A stretch of 64,000 nt of DNA from Utricularia gibba (Eukaryota > Plantae > Magnoliophyta). Location of the stretch: NCBI GenBank assembly GCA_002189035.1, contig NEEC01000010.1, forward strand, positions 2,170,001-2,234,000, in the 5' to 3' direction. The first letter of the stretch is position 1, and every line of letters begins with the position of its first letter. Below the pieces are notes generated by a model. That model was not told the origin of the DNA. It did not search any database and saw only the letters and a list, made by a program, of their open reading frames with translations. This document shows positions 40,066-50,974 of this stretch, piece after piece. The position numbers were made by a program, and so were the translations under genes.

Positions 40066-43000
40066 CTATACAATTGTCCAGTCATTTTCAGCAGAGGCAC
40101 AAGATTTAACAGGCGATGGAGAGGGGGATTGAGGCTTGGGGGCTTTCCTTGAGAAGATCGAAGACAAGGGTTGCAGCATGGAGTTGTTCTCATTGTTCTT
40201 CGAGGGTGCTCTGTTCTTGCCTCGAAATATGGAGCTCAGCCTCCTGAAACGGTTCTTGCTTTCGCTTGTGGTTTCTTCGTTGATGCCTTTGCTCATTTCG
40301 TCAGGATTCAGTAGCATTCTCTCCACTGTTTCATAAACCTGCACCAAAGGCCGCATAACTATCCTTATGCTGCAGTGTTCTTCATCCTAAAATGCAAAAT
40401 GCAGCTACTACACTTGGCCTTTAGACATCATTCTCAGGGAGCAAGCAAGGTACCTGGCATATGTCATCAAGTTTCTCCATCCATGAGCTACTTTGACATG
40501 TGAGCACGATGTAGTTCTTGCAGTCTGCCAGCATATCGGACAAGCTTGCATTTCCTGAGAGAGTGGATTCCGCAATAACGAGCCCTGCACCCAACTGAAT
40601 AAGGAATGCCAAGTCAAAGAGGGATTATTGAAGCTCCATTGTGGAAATCAGACATAAGTAGCCCCCGTGAAAAGGCACAATGGGACTTACAGCAGCCACG
40701 TAAAGTTGCTTGAAAAGGTCATGTGGTGGGATTTCTTGTAGGTAGTCCAGAATACCTTCCCTACACCATGGTTCTCCGGTAATAAGTGCTTAAATATCGA
40801 GGATTATCATGTTTATGACTTGGAGGTGTTCTTACACAGCCAAGTCCTCATCATAAAGAGGGGATTGCCTTACAGCTGGTACTGGTTTTGACGTTTCCCA
40901 CAGTTCACGCCACAAATTGCCTGGCCATGAAAAAGGAAATTTCGTTCTTACTATTTGCTGACGTCTCCTCCGCAATCAAAGGAGAAATAATAAAAAAGCA
41001 GTGGTGTAAGACAACAAATATACTCACAAGCATGCATACAAGTACACCTCCACGAATATAAAAGTTTATATAGGCGAAGTCCTAAAAATGAAGAATACCT
41101 TCCTTTTGCATCCGCCTACTCAGTTGACCCTTACTGAAGGATAAATCACCTTCAGAGGCATCATCCAAATCAGAGCTGGACTCATCTACTGTCCAATCAG
41201 GAGGAGAGTGCCATCGTACAAAATCTCCCAGTATACAACCAGGATTTGCTGCCTGGAGAAAAACTAACTGGCTTTGGTTATAATCCCTTGACACTGCCAA
41301 ATCTGGACTTCAATAAAAGAGTACCTTGAAAGCTTGCATGTCAGAGAGAAGTTGGGAACATCCAGCTCCGACACTAAACAGCAGGAGGGGGGCGAGGGGA
41401 GGGAAGCAGCGATAATTAGTATCATAGAAGAAACAGCATGCTCTCACTTCCTGATGTTTTGACTTATTTTATTTTTTCTGAATCAAGGGTGCTGCATAGA
41501 CTAATGCTGAAGAGGAGTGGGACTAAATCTATTAACTATGATAGAAACAGCTATTAGTCCTCTGAAAACGGTTGTACTGAAAATGAAGTACGTGCACTAC
41601 AAATAGAACAATTGTTAAAACGGCAATTGCGAGGAAAATGAACAAATACTTCGGTAACTTTTAATTTTATACGCCAGACACTGCAAGCACTCGGTAAAAA
41701 CTTTTCATAATAAAACATGTAAAAAAGAAGAATCAATTTGCTGACCTGCCAGTTCTTAACACAAATTCCTCTGTCTCCCTAATGACATCTTCAGTTAGCA
41801 GAGGTGGTTCCTGGAAAAAATACATATGTAGCGATCTCAAACATGGTCATAAATTTATTAAGTAGTGACTTGTGTAATAACCTGCAAAATGGGAGAATAT
41901 ACTGGTTCGCCAGTTTCAAGCATAGTTAGCTTGTCAGATTTTCTGTCAGCTCCTAATCGAAGCACAAGTTCTCCAAACTTTGTTTTCGCATAACAATTAG
42001 GACTGCTAGGAACACCAGCATGTGATCTATCTTCCTTTGTTACGGATTCTAATGATTCAACAGCAGTAAGGTGGCGCCTTTTCCTAGAAATGCAGCAGTT
42101 GATGACCTGCAGCTGCTGATATAACAGACAAGAGTTCAGGTCTGGCTTCTCATCTGGCGGAATACCTGGAACGTATTGACCTTCTAACCAAAGTGTTCTC
42201 AACTGCAAAACAGAAAAATACAAAATATTTCTTGAGCTACATCAACACGAATGGTTGCAGACCATGAAATTCTAGTATGTCAGAGACATACATTGTTGGC
42301 TCCACCGAAAAGGATAAATCACAAGAAAATATTATTCTTTAATACTTAACTGTTCTTGAATGGTCGAAATAAATCCTCTTAAACAAGAATGAAGAAAAAT
42401 TAGTACACTGAACTCTTTAAAACTTTCATATAAGGTCTCATCAACAATAGAATAAAACTAAGCCAAAATGATGCCATCTTTTACTTACCTCAGAAACAAA
42501 CTTAGACCAAAATGAGGTCATCTTCCGCAGGGTTCTTAGACGGCCAAGTGCTTCTGAGAGCTTAACTACTAAGCTTTCAACAGGAGCACCATGAATATCC
42601 TTAATTAATGCGGTTGCATTTAGCTGGAATTCAGGACTGGATATTGTCTCAGTGGTAAAAAGCCCTTCTGCAAATGCCTTTCCAATATGATTTAGCAAAA
42701 AAATATTGTAGAAATTAAGCTAAGATCACAGACAATTGTAACCTCCCCCAAACACTTACCTGCATTCACAAGTGTGTTGATTACAGATCCAACATTTTCA
42801 TCTGCGTTGAAGTTGCTTGTCAATTTATCTTCCTTTTCACGTAGCACCAGTGACTTTACAGTCGAAAAGCTAACACCAGCCCTCTCTTTAATGGGGGAAG
42901 AAGCTTTAGATGATGCCTGGACCTCAATCATGGAGTTGTAGGTTGAACTGGATCTGAAAAAGCAATTGAAATACAACTACGTCATAAGAACTGACCACAA

Positions 43001-44519
43001 AAAGTTGCCGAGGCTCAAAGAAGGTCAAAAAAGTTTAAAACTTTTTTATACAATAAATAAGTTCAGGAGTTATAGTAGTTGAGAAGATCAAAGAAAACAC
43101 CAGAAAAATGTCCACTGCTGGTTGCCACAATGTTAAGACGCTAAGAAAGAGAGAGGAATCTCACTCAATAGCAAAAGCCAACTGCTTTAAAATTACTGAA
43201 GATGGAATGATATCTATTTCCACAAGCCTAGAACTTACTCCCGTGTCTCCATCTTCAGAATCCTGAAAGGACTGTCTTTTAGTAAATGTGGAGAAAGAGA
43301 ACGCTGGATACCAAAATGTGAAAACATTCACATCTATAGAATAGATGATCACAATAAAATACCACGACAATCAAACTTATGGATGAAGAGAGGGCCACTA
43401 AAAGGATTTTTCTAGGGATATTAGCAGAATCCCATGATGAAAAAGCTAGAGGTTGCACCAGCTAATATACTATAAAGAGGATATCAACAAAATGACTTCA
43501 TACCTTCCACAGCCAAGATAACCACAAACCATGGCAGCATAATATTGCCAACAAAGTTTACTAAAGAGAACTGAGCGCATGGATTATGGGAATGCGAAAA
43601 CCAAAGATCATGTGCTAAAACAACTTGAGTTCCCTTACCTTTGATTGAGAGAATTCTCTCTCACCCATCATGTACAAATTTTCATCAAAAATTGCATACG
43701 CCATCCCAGAATTTTGAGCTTTTTCAGACTCAGCGCCTCTTCTACTTATTCCAATCTTTTGTAATGTATCTTGCAAGTCTTGCACTATCCTTGTAGATCC
43801 TGGTCTAGCCCTCTTACTGCCATAATCAACAAGATCCTGAATGTCACGCACATTGAAGATTAGCGATTACCAACCCAGTTTTAGGCCTAGAATATTAAAT
43901 GAAATTCCCTAGAAAAATCAGAACATTCCAACCACATGCATGCGAATAATGCATTATAATCAAACATCCACAAACCTCAAAAAAAAAAGAAAAAAGAAAA
44001 ACATAATCGCATCGCAACCATCACCAAGTTCAAAGTTGATGAAATGGAAGATAGCCAAAGACAGTAGCAACAAATTCGAATTGGTAAAATGATCAATATC
44101 CAAGTCAAGTACCGTTACCTGGATTTCAAACCAAGAAAAACGTGCGAACTATCTCCATTTTAAAAAGATTGCCGTTTGGCTCAAATTTTTTTCAAGAAAT
44201 AAAACAAACGAGGAAAAAAGCAACGATACCCTCGATTGTTCCGCCTCTTCTGGGGACTCCGGAGTTGACGCCCTCGGAGATTGCTTACCCAAATCTTCAG
44301 TTATATATATAAAAACGAATCAAAGGGAAAGCTTGAAGAACGGAGAAGAGTTATCCAATTCCAAACATAGTAAAAGAAAACCGATCGGATTCAGAAACGC
44401 ATACCCGTAGAGGCAGGAGAATGCGAATCAGATTTCTTGATATCCGTGAGGACTTTCTCCGCTTTTGCCGCCGCGGAATTGATGGCTATCCTCGCTTTGG
44501 AAACGAAGGAGCCGTCCAT
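40066..44519 (-). CDS. Rab3 GTPase-activating protein catalytic subunit-like; multi-exon
   Basis: Exon 1 MDGSFVSKARIAINSAAAKAEKVLTDIK, then KQLAFAIE, IHGAPVESLVVKL, DLNSCLLYQQLQVINCCI, TMLETGEPVYSP, AANPGCILGDFVRWHSPPDW and KLDDICQVYETVE. Confidence 0.92.
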
Positions 44520-44958
44520 ATTTGCGGTAAACGAATTGTCGAACCAACGCAATGGCTGCGTGCAGTTACGGTGATAGAGGTGACGCCATTTTTAGCAGAG
44601 ACATGAAGTGGCACCGGACAAGAGGCGCAAGGCAAAGGGGCGTAACAGAATATCCAGTAAACCGAGAGAACCGCTGACTCCGGTGTCCGTGCCGCGCCCG
44701 CGTCCGCGTCCGGTCCGGTTTTATTATTATTTTTTTCAACGGCACGATTCGTCCGGTCCAATCCTATTGATAGGCATATCTTCAAAAATTATTATCAGAT
44801 TTCTAAAATTAAATACACCGTTTTTATTAATTTTAGTCCAATTCTAATTTCTAATTTATAATGAATTTGTATTACACAAAATTCTTATGTTTTTCGCATA
44901 TAAATTCCTTCATCACTCATCGGATAAACCTCCGACGCCGCCGACGACGATCCATCCT

Positions 44959-45648
44959 GGCTGAGTTGGTGATATACATCTTTTTGCATTTTTTGTTTGT
45001 AAAATACATCTTCTTGTATTAAGTTAGTAAAATACATAATTTTACTAAATCGACTGCGATTGCTGTTGACTCCGTCGCATTTGGAATGAAGTCCGCCAAG
45101 TTCATCGTCATTCACCCGCCGGTCCAGAAATCTGGCCCCACCATTGCCGCCTAGCACCACGCGGTGCTGAAGGTTATCATCTTCTTCGGCCAGGCTTTAT
45201 GTTTAAGCCAGACCTGCGACGTCCGTCATACGAGATGATTCGTCGCTTCCTGGATCTGTTGCCCATGCCCTTTTATACTATGCGTCGTAGAATTTCACCG
45301 CTGTCAGTAGCCGTATGTCTGCTTCGGAAGTGAGGTACACCGCCGAAGTTCTCCGGCGACGCCCGCCGCCGTGCAATCTATTGGTTTTTGAGATGACCCA
45401 CGAAATGTTCCTCTGGAGTTCTCTCAACTTTGAGGGCCGTAGAGGCACCCGTCAGTCGAAGTCTACGGTGTGCATTACTTCACGAAAGTGAGCCAACTCC
45501 GAGATTTGATTCAGTATTACAAGGCGGAGATCAGCGGCGAGTGTCGACCGGTGCAATTAATGTAAAATGATGTATTTTACTAACTCAATACAAAAGGATG
45601 TATTTTGCAAATAAAAAATACATAAAGATGTATTTCACTAATTTTTTC
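44959..45648. mobile_element. Non-autonomous Mutator-like element (possible Pack-MULE), 690 bp
   Basis: Ungapped 87-bp TIRs at 44959-45045 and 45562-45648 with 72/87 identity by hand count. The element starts with G and ends with C, and is flanked by an identical 10-bp direct repeat GATCCATCCT (44949-44958, 45649-45658). No transposase ORF. Confidence 0.88.
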
Positions 45649-45715
45649 GATCCATCCTTTCCCTTGCTGACGGCGAAGCTCAGAACACTCGGCATGACTG
45701 GAATCAAAATTCACG

Positions 45716-47845
45716 CTATCGATTTGAGGGTTCTCTCTGATGTTCCTTCCTCAGAAACAGATGGTCCATCACCGTTTGTTCGAATCTATCTTCAGAAGCT
45801 TCCTCACCGGACAAAAACTGTAAGCGACTACAAAGCACCAGCACGGTGTATGGTTTCAAGATTTGGAGTGTTTCCGGAGATCTGTCATAATCCTGATTGA
45901 GGATAACTCAGAAAAGTAAATCCAATGAGGGGAACAGCATTACAATGTTGCAGCCAATCAGGTGTGCTCACCTTTTCTGTTACTACAGCAACTGGCTTTG
46001 ATCCGAACTTTCTTTCGAGCAATTTGAGTCTTTGTCGAATGAGTTCCACTTCCTATGATTCAGATGAAACAATGGATTCTGTATTAAAACTCAGGATCCC
46101 TTAACCAGTCTACCAGGCATGAAGTGCAGCAGGTTTCTTGAGGAAAGGATGGGAAAAGGAATCACCTTCAACTTAAAGAAATGGTGATCACTGAAGTCGA
46201 TGCGATCCACATGTGATGGTCCCATCTGAAAAGAGCAGGAGTGACTTGAATACAATGGCAGCACAGAGGACAATGGTTAGACTCTAGGCCAGGGGGAAGG
46301 CAGAGCTACCTTTTCGACCGTGGAAACAAAGGCATCAGCCAGGCCGACTGCAGAAACACATAATACCGAGGCATTGTTGAGAACAGTTAGAGGCAATTTT
46401 TCAGCAATATTTGACAAAGAAAAGAAGTGTAGAGGAGCCATTTTGGTAAAGAAAATAGGAACAGCCTCCTTGAACTCCAGAATCCTTGATACTAATTGAA
46501 CAAGCACTTTCTTCTCCACCTGATGAAGTTCATAATCAGCTTTAAACATGACATAAGCAAAAACTGGTATACTTCCAAAGGATAGAAAAAAATGGCATCA
46601 AAGCTCAGAAAAAGATCTTGACATACCAAATCGGCATGATGAATGACGACAATATCTGCACGGCTGAGGGCATCCAAAGGTTCTCTTAACGGTCCAGCAG
46701 GAAGCAAGCGATGGTTTCCCCATGGCATCAAGGAGTTAACCATCACAATTTCTATGTCACGTATCAGACTCAAATGCTGCAGTCCAAGTTTTTCATTTAA
46801 TCAAGAAAGGAACTAAAAATTATTCAATTGACTGAATGATAGATCCAGTAAAAAGAAAAAGACCATGAAAGGCAGCTTGAAGCAGACTTGCTTCAATATC
46901 TTCTGACTTCAAGAAGAAGTGTGGAAACAAAAATAAAATCTTTCTTCCAAATTACAAGGGCGATAATGATTGTTGATCAGTACCTGCATACCATCATCAA
47001 GAATGGCTAAACCAATTCGATTCGAGTCACATAACTTCACTGTTTTCTCTTCAGAAACCAGTTTTTCCCAGAGATTTGGAAAACCTATATAGCCATAGCG
47101 TTTTAGAAATTTAGCAGCAGTCTCCTTCCTGTTCGAACCTACCCCAATTTTAGCACATGTTCCATGCAATTGCCTCTGAAGCATTCTGGCTTCATCCCCA
47201 CCACCATACCCCTAGAATATGATACAAAAGATGGGTTTTTTAAGGATACCCATTAATCAACGACGACTGGTTGAAGAAAATATACATGCCATAAAAGGGG
47301 TAGTTAATCAAGCTCAAAATACTGAAAATAGCCACACGAAGAAATCCTTCAACAAGCATATTCCAGTTGCCAGGCAAAAATAAGCAACAGAAGCAGGCAA
47401 CCGAAAAAGATAAAAAAGAAAAGAAAGCGGAGACTGGATACCCTAGTGAGAATGAGAGCAGAAACATCGCGCTCCGAGAAGGAACGGGCAAGAAACTCCA
47501 CCATTGGAGTTTTTCCATTGCCTCCCCAAGTTATGTTCCCAACACTAATCAGGGGTACCGGCAACCTGAACCATTCTCAATAATATCATAAGGTGATTGA
47601 AGGTTACCAATTCAGTTAACCAACGAAATGCTGGCAAAATCTTCACTTTCTTTGTTGCCAGAAAAAAATTACCTATGGGAGGCGAAGATACCCAAGTTGT
47701 AGCATTGGTGGCGGAGACGGAGAGACACGGAATAGAGCAAGGATATCAGAGAGAGGAGAGGGATTACAGAAATCTGGAAAGTTGAGAGATCCGAGAGCCT
47801 CGCAGTGCAAGCAATTTGCTTAACGGCTCTTCTGATCACCTCCAT
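45716..47845 (-). CDS. LPXK: Tetraacyldisaccharide (lipid A) 4'-kinase, plant mitochondrial type; 8 exons
   Basis: Motifs [24 protein letters not shown] (P-loop), [37 protein letters not shown] and VVTEKDYDR. The GT-AG introns show it is host nuclear DNA, not bacterial contamination. Confidence 0.96.
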
Positions 47846-48248
47846 CCGACAAAACATTCAAAGATCTCTCTTTTACCTTCCATTTTCATCATAATATATT
47901 CATTTAAAATAATATTGAATAATTGAATTAATTCTCAAAATAAATTACATTTTTTTAATATTATTTCTCTAATTTTTATAACATTCACTTCCTTTTTATT
48001 AGAAATAATATTTACGTAACACAATATTATATTTTTAATGAAAATATGATTTTTTTAATAATAAGATCTCAACACGAAATATTATGAACAGCATTTTTTA
48101 ATTTATTGTGTCATAAATTCATAAATTTGTCGTATGTCTGATTTAGATTTTAATAATATTAAATAATTTAATTATAAAGTAATGACAATTATCAATCGGT
48201 TTTATATTTACTTGCTGATTTTCTTCAAAATTCAACCGAATTTCAGGC

Positions 48249-49978
48249 ATGAAGTCCCCATCCACTGTCACTCGTACTTGCTGGATTGATTTTCGGGTTC
48301 CTCCGTCCCGGATTCTTCCATGGAATAAACTATCGCGTCGCAACCCTGCCCCCCCGTACAGGTGGTGCAATTCCTCAAAACACTGGGCATCGCCAGAGTC
48401 AAAATCTACGACACCGACCCCGATGTTCTCTCCGCATTCTCCTCCTCCGGAATCGCACTCACTGTCGCGCTACCCAACCAATACATTGCCGCCGCCGCGG
48501 GAGACCAGTCATTCACCGACAACTGGGTCAGCACGAACATCCTCGGCCACAATGCTTTAATCGAAGCAATCGCCGTCGGAAATGAGGTACCCGGCGGTGA
48601 AGGTACGGGACTCCTCGTTCGCGCCATGGAAAATATGTACTCCTCTCTCGTCAAATCCGGTGTTGCTTCATCCATCAAGGTCTCATCCCCGATGCAGATG
48701 AGTGTTCTGCAAGAATCGTTCCCGCCGTCAGCCGGTGCTTTCCGGTCGGATCTCACGGAGTCGGTGTTTATACCAATGCTGAACTTTTTGAGACGAACTG
48801 GATCCTATTTCATGCAGGACGTATACCCATTCTTCGCCTACACGGCGAATCCGAACTCCATTCCTCTCGATTACGCCTTGGGGAACAGCAATTTCGCCGG
48901 AGTCCAAGACCCTAAAACCGGTCTCACCTATAAGAGCTTATTCGACGCACAATGCGACGCCGTTTATTCTGCGATGGCAGCGTTGGGATTCAACGACGTC
49001 AAACTCGTCGTCACAGAGACTGGCTGGCCATCTCGCGGCGACGCGGGGGAAATCGGCGCCGGTGTGGACAACGCCGCAGCGTATTACGGAAATCTAGCGG
49101 TCAGAGTGCATCAGCAAGGCAGAATCATAACTCCTCTGAAGCCAAACGACAACGTCGACATTTACTTCTTTGCTCTGTTTATAGAGGATCAGAAACCAGG
49201 ACCAACGTCGGAGAGAAACTTTGGGCTTTTCTACCCTAACGAGCAGCCAGTGTTTCATGTTCCTCTACCTTCAAATCTGCATTCCGACAAGGAAACTGCG
49301 GGGGCGACGTGGTGCATGGTGAATCCGGCCGCCGGAAAGTATAAGATTTTATCTGCTCTGAAATTCTTGTGCAGCAAAGGTGGCGTAGACTGCCGGGCGA
49401 TACAGCGCGGCGGCGCGTGCTATGAGCCAGTATCCCTGGCTAGGCACGCGTCGTTTGCGCTCAACAGCTACTACCAACGGCGTGGCCGGAACTACCGGAG
49501 TTGCTACTTCGACGGTGCTGGTTCCATCGTTTCTCAACGGCCAAGTAAGCTTTTTTTATTTTCAATATCTTTTTTTATATCTTAATTTAATAAATCGAAG
49601 AAAATAGAAATTACTATTTTAGTCACATAAATCATGAATGATAATGAGCCATTTTTGCATATTAATCCTCCATCATCAATTTAATCACATTAATTATAAT
49701 AAAAATGATATGTATATTAATAACCCATTTCGATTTAATAATTTTTATAAAAAATTAACTAATATTAAATAAATATTTTTATTTTATTTTATTTATTTAT
49801 AATGAATTTAACTCGATTCAATCCATTATAATGAACCAAGAACATTATAATTGGGCTTAGGTGGCAATAATGGAGATTTTATTGATAGTTTGGTTTACCT
49901 ACTTTTTTTTTTCTGTTGAATAATTTTTAAATTGAAAATCTATGTGCAGATTTAGGAAGGTGCTGGTTGATTACATAG
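48249..49978 (+). CDS. Glucan endo-1,3-beta-glucosidase (GH17 + X8/CBM43); final short exon 49950-49978; 5' end damaged by small deletions
   Basis: The GINY.. start motif, catalytic AVGNEV and VVTETGWPS, SERNFGLFYPN, and a six-Cys X8 domain (WCM..LC..DC..AC..SC, then NLGRC after the intron). The signal-peptide region is split over three frames at 48249-48360. Confidence 0.88.
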
Positions 49979-50974
49979 GAAGCCATGGAAGCTGGATTAT
50001 GTTATATTTTTATGTTAATAGTTATTTAAATAAACTAGTGTACATAGAACCTATTTCATGAGTCACGTGCATGTGGCATGGTGTGGCACGTGACCGTGTT
50101 TTACTAAGCATGAACATATAATATGGATTGTGTAATTCGGTATGACCCGACTGTCCATTTTGTGGGTTGGGTTCGGGCCTCCCGGACTTCGGGTCGAGAA
50201 TAAAATATATTTTTATTTTTAATTCATACTCTTAAAAAAGTGAGTTAACAGTAAAAAATTAATATCTTGAATAATTGCATAAAATAAATGTCATTAAATA
50301 TTTTACATTAAGTACTTTAATTCATTTTACTGTAAAAAAATATAAAATATTTATTGATAAAAGAATAATTTTATTTTCGAATTAGGTATGTTCTTTCTTT
50401 CTTTTTTTTAAGAATTCGGGTGGGGGGATTTGGATCTTGCCAGCTCAGTCACTTCCGGCACGAAGTTCGAATAATGCATCGTGGTCAGAGGCAGGATTTG
50501 GGTACCACGTACTTCCATACTGCGCGATTCCTCATTCTTCGGCGATCGTACTACAATTATTTGTTCTCCAAACTCATTTACTGATTTTGTAGGATCGGCG
50601 ATTGATTTTGTAGGATTTGGAACTTAACTACTTGTTTCTTCGGATTAGATTTCAGGGATGTTGAGTCGAGAAATTTTCATTTTGGTCGAAATCGCTTTCT
50701 TGCATTCTGATCCGAACCTTCACCTGTGCTAGGTTTTGGAATTGAATTTGTGTATTTCAGAAGGAAGGAGCGAGCGGATCTACCAAAGCCTTCATTTTTC
50801 CTGATATTGGCGAAGAAACCTCTTGTCGTGTTACTCAGGCCGTTTTCTGACGGATTTTGAAATTTTGTTCGTGGATTCTTATTTTATTGGTGGGGTGTCT
50901 TGGCAAATTCGGTCTCCATTGTTCAGTATGGGAGAATTTGTGTGAAATAGCAGATGAAACTACCGATAGATAGC

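Noticed and set aside
47233-47250. GTATCCTT (U12-type 5' splice consensus) on the minus strand inside LPXK intron 2
   Set aside because: The reading frame is restored by the ordinary GT-AG intron from about 47440 to 47213. Using this site would not give an in-frame exon.
45716-47845. LPXK as bacterial contamination or recent horizontal transfer
   Set aside because: It has seven spliceosomal introns and closely resembles the known plant LpxK, including the plant-type N-terminus.
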